DNA from: a bacterium
GTDB lineage: Bacteria > Sysuimicrobiota > Sysuimicrobiia > Sysuimicrobiales > Humicultoraceae
DNA: 11,183 bases
Direction: 5' to 3'
Assembly: GCA_041497675.1 (NCBI GenBank)
Contig: JBGQGY010000118.1
Location: forward strand, 1 to 11,183
A program made the translations under genes and the position numbers. Positions within the stretch are counted from its first letter, which is position 1. Each line of letters begins with the position of its first letter. Under the pieces are notes generated by a model, which was not told the origin of the DNA, ran no database searches, and saw only the letters and a program-made list of their open reading frames with translations. Below are positions 1 to 6,955 of this stretch, one piece after another.

Positions 1-323
1 ACCCGGGCCAGATTCAGCCCGTCAATCGACTCGGGGGTCGTGCGGAGCGCGGCCGCGTAGGCCCACGGATTGCAGATGGGAAGCATGAGCAGGGTCCCCC
101 GCAGTGACGACGGCGGGAGTTCTTGCGCGACCCGCCAGATCGCCTGCGGGCCTTCATATTCGTCCCCATGCACGCCGGCCACCACCATGAAGACGGGACC
201 AGGTGAGGCTCCGGTCACGGCGATCAGCGGAAGCGCCGCCGGCGGTTCCTCGATGGCCATGACCATCTGTCGCGTCGTGCCCGGCGGCCGCCCCTCGAGG
301 CTGAAGGTCGAAAGCGGGATCAC
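1..323 (-). CDS. Succinylglutamate desuccinylase/aspartoacylase (AstE/AspA, M14-like Zn deacylase) family protein; N-terminal part, runs off the left edge
   Basis: Not in the ORF track because no stop falls in the window. Manual translation from GTG 323 is open to base 1: MIPLSTFSLEGRPPGTTRQMVMAIEEPPAALPLIAVTGASPGPVFMVVAGVHGDEYEGPQAIWRVAQELPPSSLRGTLLMLPICNPWAYAAALRTTPESIDGLNLAR. It contains the family's GxHGDE Zn-binding motif, the 'L.G.l..lP..NP' segment and the 'D..NLxR' motif. The exact start is uncertain. Confidence 0.88.
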   Translation of the reverse strand, partial: MIPLSTFSLEGRPPGTTRQMVMAIEEPPAALPLIAVTGASPGPVFMVVAGVHGDEYEGPQAIWRVAQELPPSSLRGTLLMLPICNPWAYAAALRTTPESIDGLNLAR

Positions 324-338
324 CCCTCCTGTCTCGCG

Positions 339-1907
339 CTATCCTCGCTCGATCCAAGTTTCCTTGAAGAACTCGCGGGAGTCGCTGAACATCGGCACAT
401 AGCCTTTGACACGCCGCTGAACCGCTTCAACCTTGTGGCTCGTGTACAGCGGCATGTAGGGGACCTCGTCGGCCAGGATGCGCTCCATTTCGGTGTAGAG
501 GCGCTTCCGCTCCCTCCGGTCGACGGTGGTGACGGCCTTGTCCATCAAGTCGTCGACCTTTGGATTCAGATAACCGGGGTTATTGGGATCCTTGCTGTGA
601 TAGTAAAAGCGGAAGTACCCATCGGGATCGTGTCTGAACACGAAGGCCGTAATCGCCAGGTCGTAGTTGTTCCCGCCCGCCGCGCCTGTGTCGCGGACGA
701 ACTGTCCCCACTCCATCTGCTGGATCTGGGCGTCGATGCCGATCTGCTTGAGGTTGTCGGCGATCACGACCGCTGAGGAGATGAACTCCGGATACTGCGG
801 CGAGGCCTTGATCGTCGTCCTGAATCCCTGCGGGAACCCGGCTTCGGCCAGCAGCCGGCGCGCCCGCTCGGGATCATGGCGCCATGGGATCTTGTCGGCG
901 GGCGTGTACCAGTCCCCGTAGCCTGTCGGGATAAAGCCACTCAAGACGCCAGCACCACCGGCCGCCTTCTCGATGATCGCCTTGCGGTCGATCCCTAACG
1001 CGAGCGCCTGGCGCACGCGGACGTCGCTCCACGGCCTCCGGCTCGGATTGGTTCGAAGCATGGTCACAAAGGCCCGCAGGCTTCGCATGACATTGACATG
1101 GGCCACGCCCTTCAGCCGGTCGGCCCCCTCCGGACTCAGGAAGGCGTAATCGAGGGTGCGTGTGAGCAGACCGGCCACCCGCGTGTCCTCTTGCACGAGC
1201 ACCTTCATCATGAAGCCATCCAAATAGGGGAGGCTGCTATCCCAGTACCCCTTGTGCTTGGTGAAAAGAATGTGGCTCTCAGGAAGGTACTCCTTGAGCG
1301 CGAACGGCCCCGTCCCGTTCGCCTGAACGTTGAAGTTCATCTTCTCCGCCGACCCCGCCTTGGCGATGCCCGAGCCGCGCCGGTACGCAAACCAACCCAG
1401 AAGCGGCGGATACGGTTTGGTCAGCCGGAGCCGCACGGTGGAACGATCGATGACCTCGACTCGATCGACGAAGGGCTTGAGGATACTTCCCCAGGCGGAT
1501 GCCGTCTTGGGATCCAGCATGCGGTCCAGACTGTACTTGACATCGTCCGCGACGAGCTCGCTGCCGTCGTGAAACCGCACGTTGCGGCGTAGGGCGAACA
1601 CATACGTGGTGGGGTCTGGAATGCTCCAGGACTGGGCGAGTGACGGGATGATGTTCATGCTCTTGTCATAGGCGACGAGACTCTCGTAAATGTGTTCGAA
1701 AGCTTGGAAGGATGAAAAGTTTGAACGATTATGAGGGTCGAGACTCACCGGGTCGACTTCCTGCGCAGCGTACAGGAACCCGCCGGGCTGTTGGGCCAGC
1801 ACCGGCAGCCTCCCAGCATGCGTGAGAAGGGGCGCCATGGCCACCCCGGCTCCAGTTGCGGCCATGTGCCGGAGCAACGTCCTCCGCGTCATCCGATCCG
1901 CTGCCAT
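339..1907 (-). CDS. ABC transporter substrate-binding protein, family 5 (DppA/OppA-like), with twin-arginine signal peptide
   Basis: 522 aa ORF with family-5 hallmarks: 'SLDPH', 'IYESLV', 'PSLAQSW', 'YVFALRRNVRFHDGS', 'NGTGPF', 'VRVRQAL', 'ARRLLAEAGF'. The N-terminus has TRRTLL followed by a hydrophobic stretch. SD GGGAGGTGA lies 6 nt upstream of the ATG. Confidence 0.93.
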   Translation of the reverse strand: MAADRMTRRTLLRHMAATGAGVAMAPLLTHAGRLPVLAQQPGGFLYAAQEVDPVSLDPHNRSNFSSFQAFEHIYESLVAYDKSMNIIPSLAQSWSIPDPTTYVFALRRNVRFHDGSELVADDVKYSLDRMLDPKTASAWGSILKPFVDRVEVIDRSTVRLRLTKPYPPLLGWFAYRRGSGIAKAGSAEKMNFNVQANGTGPFALKEYLPESHILFTKHKGYWDSSLPYLDGFMMKVLVQEDTRVAGLLTRTLDYAFLSPEGADRLKGVAHVNVMRSLRAFVTMLRTNPSRRPWSDVRVRQALALGIDRKAIIEKAAGGAGVLSGFIPTGYGDWYTPADKIPWRHDPERARRLLAEAGFPQGFRTTIKASPQYPEFISSAVVIADNLKQIGIDAQIQQMEWGQFVRDTGAAGGNNYDLAITAFVFRHDPDGYFRFYYHSKDPNNPGYLNPKVDDLMDKAVTTVDRRERKRLYTEMERILADEVPYMPLYTSHKVEAVQRRVKGYVPMFSDSREFFKETWIERG

Positions 1908-1988
1908 CGCCTGTCACCTCCCATGTGCGGCTGAGCCGCGATATCTCATCTCATGAGGCCTTCGCGCGCCGGGGCTGGAATCCTTGAC

Positions 1989-2846
1989 TCATGTCTTGGC
2001 GATCCATAGCGGCGCGGCGGGCTCGACCTGATGCGGCGCACGCGTTCGAATCGGGCGCGTCTTCAGTTCGCGGACGATCTCGACGAGTTCGCGGCCCCCC
2101 GCCTCGATGACGCGCTCCCCCTTCTCTTTGGTCGCCTTGGTAGGATCACCCTTGACCCCATTCTGCGTGTCCATACTCCAGTATTCCGTCATCCACAGTG
2201 AATTCTTGAACGAGGGGTCGGGTTTGCGGCCGACCAGGTCGCCCCAGAAGTGCGGCGACATCTGATAGGTCATGTCCCGCTTCGCGCGGTCCATCTTGAC
2301 CCGGGTCGCGTCGACGGCCAGGTAGACGGAGGTCTCGACTTCGCAGGCGTGTGACGTCACTTCACTCTCGCGCACGGCGTTGAACGCGGTCCGCACATCC
2401 TGCAGGTCCCACCACGACGTGAATGCGCAATGCACGTCGGGGCGCTCGACGATCGTCAGACGCGCCGCCATCTCCATCAACGGCCGATTGCTGCCGTGCC
2501 CGTTGACGATGAGCATCTTGCGAAAACCGTGGTGCGCCAGGCTGCGCGTGACGTCGAGAACGTACTCCACAAACGTCGTCCAGCGGATCGTGATCGTGCC
2601 CGGAAAGTCGATGTGGTGGGGACTGTACCCGATCCGCACGCAGGGCAGGAGCACGATCTCCTCCGGCGCCAGTTGAGCTGCCCGCTCGCAGATCGCCGAC
2701 ACGATCACAATGTCCGTATCCACCGGGAGGTGCGGCCCGTGATCTTCGATCGTGGCCACCGGGATCATCGCGCACTTCCCGGCCCGCACCGCGTCATTGA
2801 CCTCTTCCCACGTCAGGTGCTCATATAAATACGGTATCTTCGCCAC
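1989..2846 (-). CDS. Creatininase-family (creatinine amidohydrolase/ArfB/MftE-like) binuclear metal amidohydrolase
   Basis: Motifs '[17 protein letters not shown]', '[11 protein letters not shown]', 'IVNGHGSN', 'HACEVETS', '[14 protein letters not shown]'. Start moved from 2882 to GTG 2846, which follows the SD AGGAGGGAG (285 aa). Confidence 0.9.
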   Translation of the reverse strand: MAKIPYLYEHLTWEEVNDAVRAGKCAMIPVATIEDHGPHLPVDTDIVIVSAICERAAQLAPEEIVLLPCVRIGYSPHHIDFPGTITIRWTTFVEYVLDVTRSLAHHGFRKMLIVNGHGSNRPLMEMAARLTIVERPDVHCAFTSWWDLQDVRTAFNAVRESEVTSHACEVETSVYLAVDATRVKMDRAKRDMTYQMSPHFWGDLVGRKPDPSFKNSLWMTEYWSMDTQNGVKGDPTKATKEKGERVIEAGGRELVEIVRELKTRPIRTRAPHQVEPAAPLWIAKT

Positions 2847-2891
2847 GTGCGTCTCCCTCCTCTGCGTTCTCACCGCCGTCACGGCCTCAGG

Positions 2892-2928
2892 TACGACACG
2901 GAGCAGGGAAACCCTCGGAACAGTCGTA
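2892..2928. promoter_or_regulatory. 37-bp dyad-symmetric element in the divergent control region (candidate operator or 5'-leader hairpin)
   Basis: TACGAC-N7-AGGG-AAA-CCCT-N7-GTCGTA is seen directly, centred at 2910 in the 98-bp gap between the divergent genes. Function is inferred. Confidence 0.35.
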
Positions 2929-2944
2929 TTTCCTTGCCAATCCC

Positions 2945-4213
2945 ATGGACGTGATCATCAGACGCGCGGCAGTTGCGGGGCACGACGGGCTGGTGGATAT
3001 TGCCGTCCGCGACGGCCGGATCGCGCGCATCGCCCCACGCGTTCCTGAGGCCGCCTCACAGGAGATCGATGCCGCCGGTGGGCTCGTCACACCCTCCCTC
3101 ATCGAGACGCACATCCACCTCGACGCGGTCCTGACCGTCGGCCAGCCGAGGTACAACCAGACCGGGTCGCTCTTCGAGGGCATCGAGATCTGGGGCGAGC
3201 GCATCAAGTCCCTCACCCACGACGACGTCGTCCGGCGCGCCAACCAGGCCATCAAGTGGATGCTGGCCTGTGGGGTCACGCACATCCGCTCGCACGTCGA
3301 CGTCTGCGATCCGACGCTGACGGCGTTGCGCGCCTTGCTGGAGGTCCGCCAGGCCTGGCGCGGCACCGTCGAGATCCAACTCGTCGCCTTTCCCCAGCAG
3401 GGGATCTACTCGTTCCCCGACGGCGAGTCCCTGATGGTGAAGGCACTCGAGATGGGGGCGGATGTCGTCGGCGGCATCCCGCACTACGAGTGGACGCGCG
3501 AGTACGGCGAGCGCGACGTGAAGACTGCCTTGCGGCTGGCCAAAGAATACGACCGCCAGGCCGACCTGCACTGCGACGAAACCGACGACGATCAGAGCCG
3601 CTTCCTGGAACTCGTGGCCGCGGAGACCATCCGGCTCGGATTGCAGGGCAAAGTCACGGCCAGCCACACCACCGCCATGCACTCGTACAACAACGCGTAC
3701 GCCTACCGTTTAATCCGTTGGATGCGCCAGGCTGGTGTGCACATCATCACCAATCCTCTGGATAACGCGGTCCTGCAAGGCCGCTTTGACGCCTATCCCA
3801 TCCGCCGCGGATTCACACGGGTCAAGGAGCTGCTTGCCGCCGGGATTAACGTGGCCGTCGGGCACGACTCGATCATGGACCCCTGGTATCCATTGGGGAT
3901 CGGCGATCCTATCCAGGCGTGCTTTGTAATGGCGCACTACGGCCACATGTCGGGCTACGACGAGATCAAGACATTGCTCGAGATGGTCACCACGCGCGCG
4001 GCGGCCTGCTTCGGTTTGGCCGACTATGGCCTTGCCGAGGGGCGGGCCGCACACCTGGTGGTGTTCGACGCGCCCACACCGTTCGATGTGATCCGGCGGA
4101 TGGCAACCCGCACCGCCGTGATCTCACACGGCCGGCTCGTCGCCCGCACGACGCCGGCGCGTTCCGAAGTGCTAACCGGCGGTCCCCCCGAACTCGTGAC
4201 GTTCCAGCGATGA
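2945..4213 (+). CDS. codA: Cytosine deaminase (CodA-type amidohydrolase); probable 5-methylcytosine/creatinine-accepting variant
   Basis: 422 aa with the CodA motifs: 'ETHIHLD' (HxH), '[13 protein letters not shown]', 'RSHVD', 'QLVAFPQQG', 'GGIPHYE', 'DLHCDETDD', '[11 protein letters not shown]', 'LQGRFD.YP.RRG.TRVKEL', '[13 protein letters not shown]'. Confidence 0.93.
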   Translation: MDVIIRRAAVAGHDGLVDIAVRDGRIARIAPRVPEAASQEIDAAGGLVTPSLIETHIHLDAVLTVGQPRYNQTGSLFEGIEIWGERIKSLTHDDVVRRANQAIKWMLACGVTHIRSHVDVCDPTLTALRALLEVRQAWRGTVEIQLVAFPQQGIYSFPDGESLMVKALEMGADVVGGIPHYEWTREYGERDVKTALRLAKEYDRQADLHCDETDDDQSRFLELVAAETIRLGLQGKVTASHTTAMHSYNNAYAYRLIRWMRQAGVHIITNPLDNAVLQGRFDAYPIRRGFTRVKELLAAGINVAVGHDSIMDPWYPLGIGDPIQACFVMAHYGHMSGYDEIKTLLEMVTTRAAACFGLADYGLAEGRAAHLVVFDAPTPFDVIRRMATRTAVISHGRLVARTTPARSEVLTGGPPELVTFQR

Positions 4214-4974
4214 GCGCACTGCGCTCGTGGACGATCTTCGCGGCCCTGGTCGTCGCCGCCTGGGAGATCGCCTCGCGGCTGTACGGCCAGCCGTACCTGC
4301 TCCCGGCGCCCTCGGCGATGGCACGCGAGTTGCGCGACAACTGGCAACTGGTGATCAGCTATGCGTCGATCACCTCGCAGGAAGTCATCTTGGGTTTTGT
4401 GTTTGGCTCGGCCGCGGCGCTGTTGGGGGCTATGGCGTTCATCTGGATGCCAAAGGCGCTGGAAGAGTTCCTGTTCCGCATCGTCGTGACGCTGAACAGC
4501 ACGCCGTTTGTGGCGCTCGCCTCGCTGGCGGTGGTCTGGTTCGGGTTGGGGCTGCGCAGCAAGGTCATCATCGCGGCGCTCTATACGTTCTTCGCGGTCC
4601 TCTATACGACTCATAAAGAGTTCGTCTCAGTTGAGACGATTCGGGAACAGTTAATGGATATCTACAACGCCACGTGGTGGCAGCGGGTCTTCCTCTTGTT
4701 GGTCCCGTCGGCGCTGCCGATCATCTTCGTCAGCCTGAAGGGCGGCGTCATGGCGGCGGTGAACGGGGCCATCGTGGGCGAACTCTACGGTGCGTCCGAG
4801 GGTCTCGGGTATATGATCCTCGATTCGCGGTACGTCGCCAACACGACGCGGGTGTTCCTGGCAGCGGTCTTCTGCGCAATGATCGGCTGGCTACTGTTGG
4901 GCGCAGTGACGGTCGGGGAACGGCTGCTGCTGCCGTGGCACGTGAGCATGCGGAAAGACGCCGGGGAGGTGTGA
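4210..4974 (+). CDS. ABC transporter permease, NitT/TauT (SsuC/TauC-like) family
   Basis: True start is ATG 4210, overlapping the codA stop (ATGA); 254 aa. Motifs 'WE......PYLLPAPS', 'TPFVALASLAVVWFGLG', EAA-like loop 'EQLMDIYNATWWQ...LLVPSALP', 'AIVGELYGASEGLGY'; multiple hydrophobic helices. Confidence 0.92.
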   Translation: MSALRSWTIFAALVVAAWEIASRLYGQPYLLPAPSAMARELRDNWQLVISYASITSQEVILGFVFGSAAALLGAMAFIWMPKALEEFLFRIVVTLNSTPFVALASLAVVWFGLGLRSKVIIAALYTFFAVLYTTHKEFVSVETIREQLMDIYNATWWQRVFLLLVPSALPIIFVSLKGGVMAAVNGAIVGELYGASEGLGYMILDSRYVANTTRVFLAAVFCAMIGWLLLGAVTVGERLLLPWHVSMRKDAGEV

Positions 4975-5039
4975 GCGGCACGGACGGTCTTGCCGGGCCG
5001 GTGAATCCCACAACGGATACTCCAAAGGAGGTCAGAGTG

Positions 5040-6041
5040 ATGCGAACCGGTATCGGGCTGGCTGTGGTCTTGGTGCTCGCGCTGTTCCTGACGGGCGCCG
5101 GGCCATTGACGGCGCAAAGTATGAGCAACGTCACGATCTTCGAGGCCTGGTTCATCCACAACGAGTCGATGGGCGATCCGGTTGCCGTCGACAAGGGTTT
5201 CTACAAGAAGATGAACCTCGATGTGAAAGTCGTCGGAGGCGGGCCCGGTCTGTCCCCGATCGAGCGGACCCTGGCCGAAGCCAAGAAAGGCGTCATCGCC
5301 TTTGGCGTCGACTACCCCTACAACGTCCTGGAAGCCCGCGAGAAGCAGAAGTTGCCGCTCGTGGTCGTCGCGCACGACTTTCAGAAGTCGGCCGTGCGCC
5401 TGATCTCCTGGAAGGAGATCAAGAGCCCCCAGGACATCCAGGGCACGGTGGCCACCTGGATCGGATATGACAAACAGATCAAGGCCGCGATCGGTCCCGA
5501 CTGGGCGAAGAAGATCAAGATCGTCAACCAGCAGGGCGACCCGGGGACGATCGGCACGTGGCTCAAGAAGGAGTACCAGTACGCGCACGCCATGGCGTAC
5601 AACGAAGTGCTGATCGCGAAGCGAATGGCGAAGGATAAGTACTTTGTCTACACGTTCCCGGACTTTGGGATCGACTGGCCGGAAAACGTGGTGTTCACCA
5701 CCGAAGAGATCGTCCAGAAATATCCTCAACAGGTGCAGGCTTACATCACCGGGCGCTACGAGGGCTACAAGTACGCGCTCGCCAACCGTCCGGAGGCCGT
5801 CCAGATCCTCCTCAAATTCAACAGCAATCTCAAGGGCAACGAGGCCCACGAGATCGAGGGCATGGACGCGATCGCCTCGATCATGGTCACCGACTCGTCC
5901 AAGAAGAACGGTTTCGGGTACGTGGACGCGGCAGGGTGGGATCGCGTCGGCAAGGACATGATGAAAGCCAAGCTGTTCATGGCGGCTCCAAACGTCCAGG
6001 CGGCGTTCTCGACCAAGTTCCCCAGCAAGGTGACGCCGTAA
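5040..6041 (+). CDS. ABC transporter substrate-binding protein, NMT1/THI5 (ThiY/TauA-like) family
   Basis: SD AAAGGAGGT lies 7 nt before ATG 5040; 333 aa. Sec-type signal peptide MRTGIGLAVVLVLALFLTGAGPLTAQ. Motifs 'W.....VAVDKGFYKKMNLDV....GGPG', 'IKSPQDIQG', 'EGYKYALANRPEAVQIL'. Sits between the permease and the ATPase. Confidence 0.85.
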   Translation: MRTGIGLAVVLVLALFLTGAGPLTAQSMSNVTIFEAWFIHNESMGDPVAVDKGFYKKMNLDVKVVGGGPGLSPIERTLAEAKKGVIAFGVDYPYNVLEAREKQKLPLVVVAHDFQKSAVRLISWKEIKSPQDIQGTVATWIGYDKQIKAAIGPDWAKKIKIVNQQGDPGTIGTWLKKEYQYAHAMAYNEVLIAKRMAKDKYFVYTFPDFGIDWPENVVFTTEEIVQKYPQQVQAYITGRYEGYKYALANRPEAVQILLKFNSNLKGNEAHEIEGMDAIASIMVTDSSKKNGFGYVDAAGWDRVGKDMMKAKLFMAAPNVQAAFSTKFPSKVTP

Positions 6042-6056
6042 GGCTCCCCCGGACGC

Positions 6057-6087
6057 GAGAGGGGATGGACACAATCCATCCCCTCTC
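6057..6087 (+). repeat. Perfect 13-bp inverted repeat (intercistronic hairpin) between the binding-protein and ATPase genes
   Basis: GAGAGGGGATGGA-CACAA-TCCATCCCCTCTC, with no U-tract on either side. Confidence 0.85.
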
Positions 6088-6109
6088 CCCCGGCCCCGAC
6101 GACGTGGCG

Positions 6110-6955
6110 ATGGCCGAGCCGATCATCCGTCTCGACCAGGTGTCGAAGGCCTATGAGGCCGCCCACACGCCCGCGCGTCTGGAAACCCAGACTGGCGGGC
6201 TCGACGTCGTCAGCCGGTTTTCCCTGGACATCACACGCCGCCAGTTCGTCTCGATCATTGGACCGTCAGGGTGCGGGAAGACGACCGTGCTCTTCATGCT
6301 GGCGGGGCTTCGCGAGGTGAGCGACGGCCGCATCGACGTGTGCGGGCGACCGCCTCGCGACGCGGTGCGCGCCGGCCTCTCGAGCGTCATCTTCCAACAA
6401 CCGGTGTTGTTCGAATGGCTCACTGCCGAAGAAAACGTGTTACTTCCGCTGCGCATGCGCGACGCACGGTGGTGGGCCTGGCGCACGCGCCGGCACCGCT
6501 ACGCCGCACAGGGACAACAGGCGCTCCAGCTGGTCGAACTCGAGGGATTCGGCGGCTACTACCCTGACAAACTGTCGGGAGGCATGCAGCAGCGTATCGC
6601 CATCGCCCGGGCGCTGACCCTCGACCCGCAGGTGCTGCTGATGGACGAGCCCTTCGGGGCATTGGACGAGATCACCCGCGACCGGATGAATCTGGAACTG
6701 ATCCGTTTGTTCGAAGACCGTCAGTTGACGATCGTCTTCGTCACGCACTCGATCGAAGAAGCCGTGTTCCTCTCGGATCGAGTGGTCGTCATGAGCCGGG
6801 GGCCGTTCGCGAAGACGGGGTCGAGCATCGTGCGGGTGATCGACGTCGATCTCCCACATCCCCGGCGGCTGGCGGTCAAAGAAGAGCCGGCGTTCTTTCA
6901 GAAGGTGCGGGAAGGCCGTGAGGCCCTCCGCGAGGCGCAGTTCGCCACGGCGTGA
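6110..6955 (+). CDS. ABC transporter ATP-binding protein, NitT/TauT (SsuB/TauB-like) family
   Basis: Walker A GPSGCGKT, Q-loop 'IFQQPVLFEWLT', signature LSGGMQQR, Walker B 'LLMDEPFGALD', H-switch 'VTHSIEEA'. Start is ATG 6110 or the in-frame ATG 6065. Confidence 0.93.
   Translation: MAEPIIRLDQVSKAYEAAHTPARLETQTGGLDVVSRFSLDITRRQFVSIIGPSGCGKTTVLFMLAGLREVSDGRIDVCGRPPRDAVRAGLSSVIFQQPVLFEWLTAEENVLLPLRMRDARWWAWRTRRHRYAAQGQQALQLVELEGFGGYYPDKLSGGMQQRIAIARALTLDPQVLLMDEPFGALDEITRDRMNLELIRLFEDRQLTIVFVTHSIEEAVFLSDRVVVMSRGPFAKTGSSIVRVIDVDLPHPRRLAVKEEPAFFQKVREGREALREAQFATA

Noticed and set aside
70..402. 110-aa plus ORF and 67-aa minus ORF (154-357) at the left edge
   Set aside because: The region is explained by the AstE/AspA gene in another minus-strand frame, which has clear motifs.
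1927..1957. Short palindromes GCGGC-TGA-GCCGC and CTCATGAG between the creatininase-like and binding-protein genes
   Set aside because: Only 4-5 bp arms, no U-tract, and likely by chance at this GC content; not called as a terminator or operator.
1989..2846. Mycofactocin (mftE) or other RiPP cluster
   Set aside because: No precursor peptide, RRE protein or radical-SAM gene is present in the window.
2847..2944. Known riboswitch (guanidine-II, TPP, purine) or sigma-54 promoter in the divergent gap
   Set aside because: By eye there are no twin ACGR-loop hairpins and no TPP or purine consensus, and the minus-strand TGGCA lacks GC at the -12 spacing. An Rfam scan would be needed to exclude a riboswitch fully.
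3919..4209. ORF-track N-terminal extensions of the permease (also 4674-4970, 5936-6064, 7939-8082)
   Set aside because: They overlap neighbouring real genes, are not family-like, and better starts with an SD or ATGA coupling lie downstream.
4785..6074. 429-aa minus-strand ORF
   Set aside because: Lies opposite the permease and binding-protein genes; its Leu/Asp/Val/His-rich composition is typical of a codon-mirror frame.
6057..6087. Hairpin read as an intrinsic terminator or CRISPR repeat
   Set aside because: No U-tract on either strand, it sits inside an ABC operon, and there is a single copy with no spacers or cas genes.
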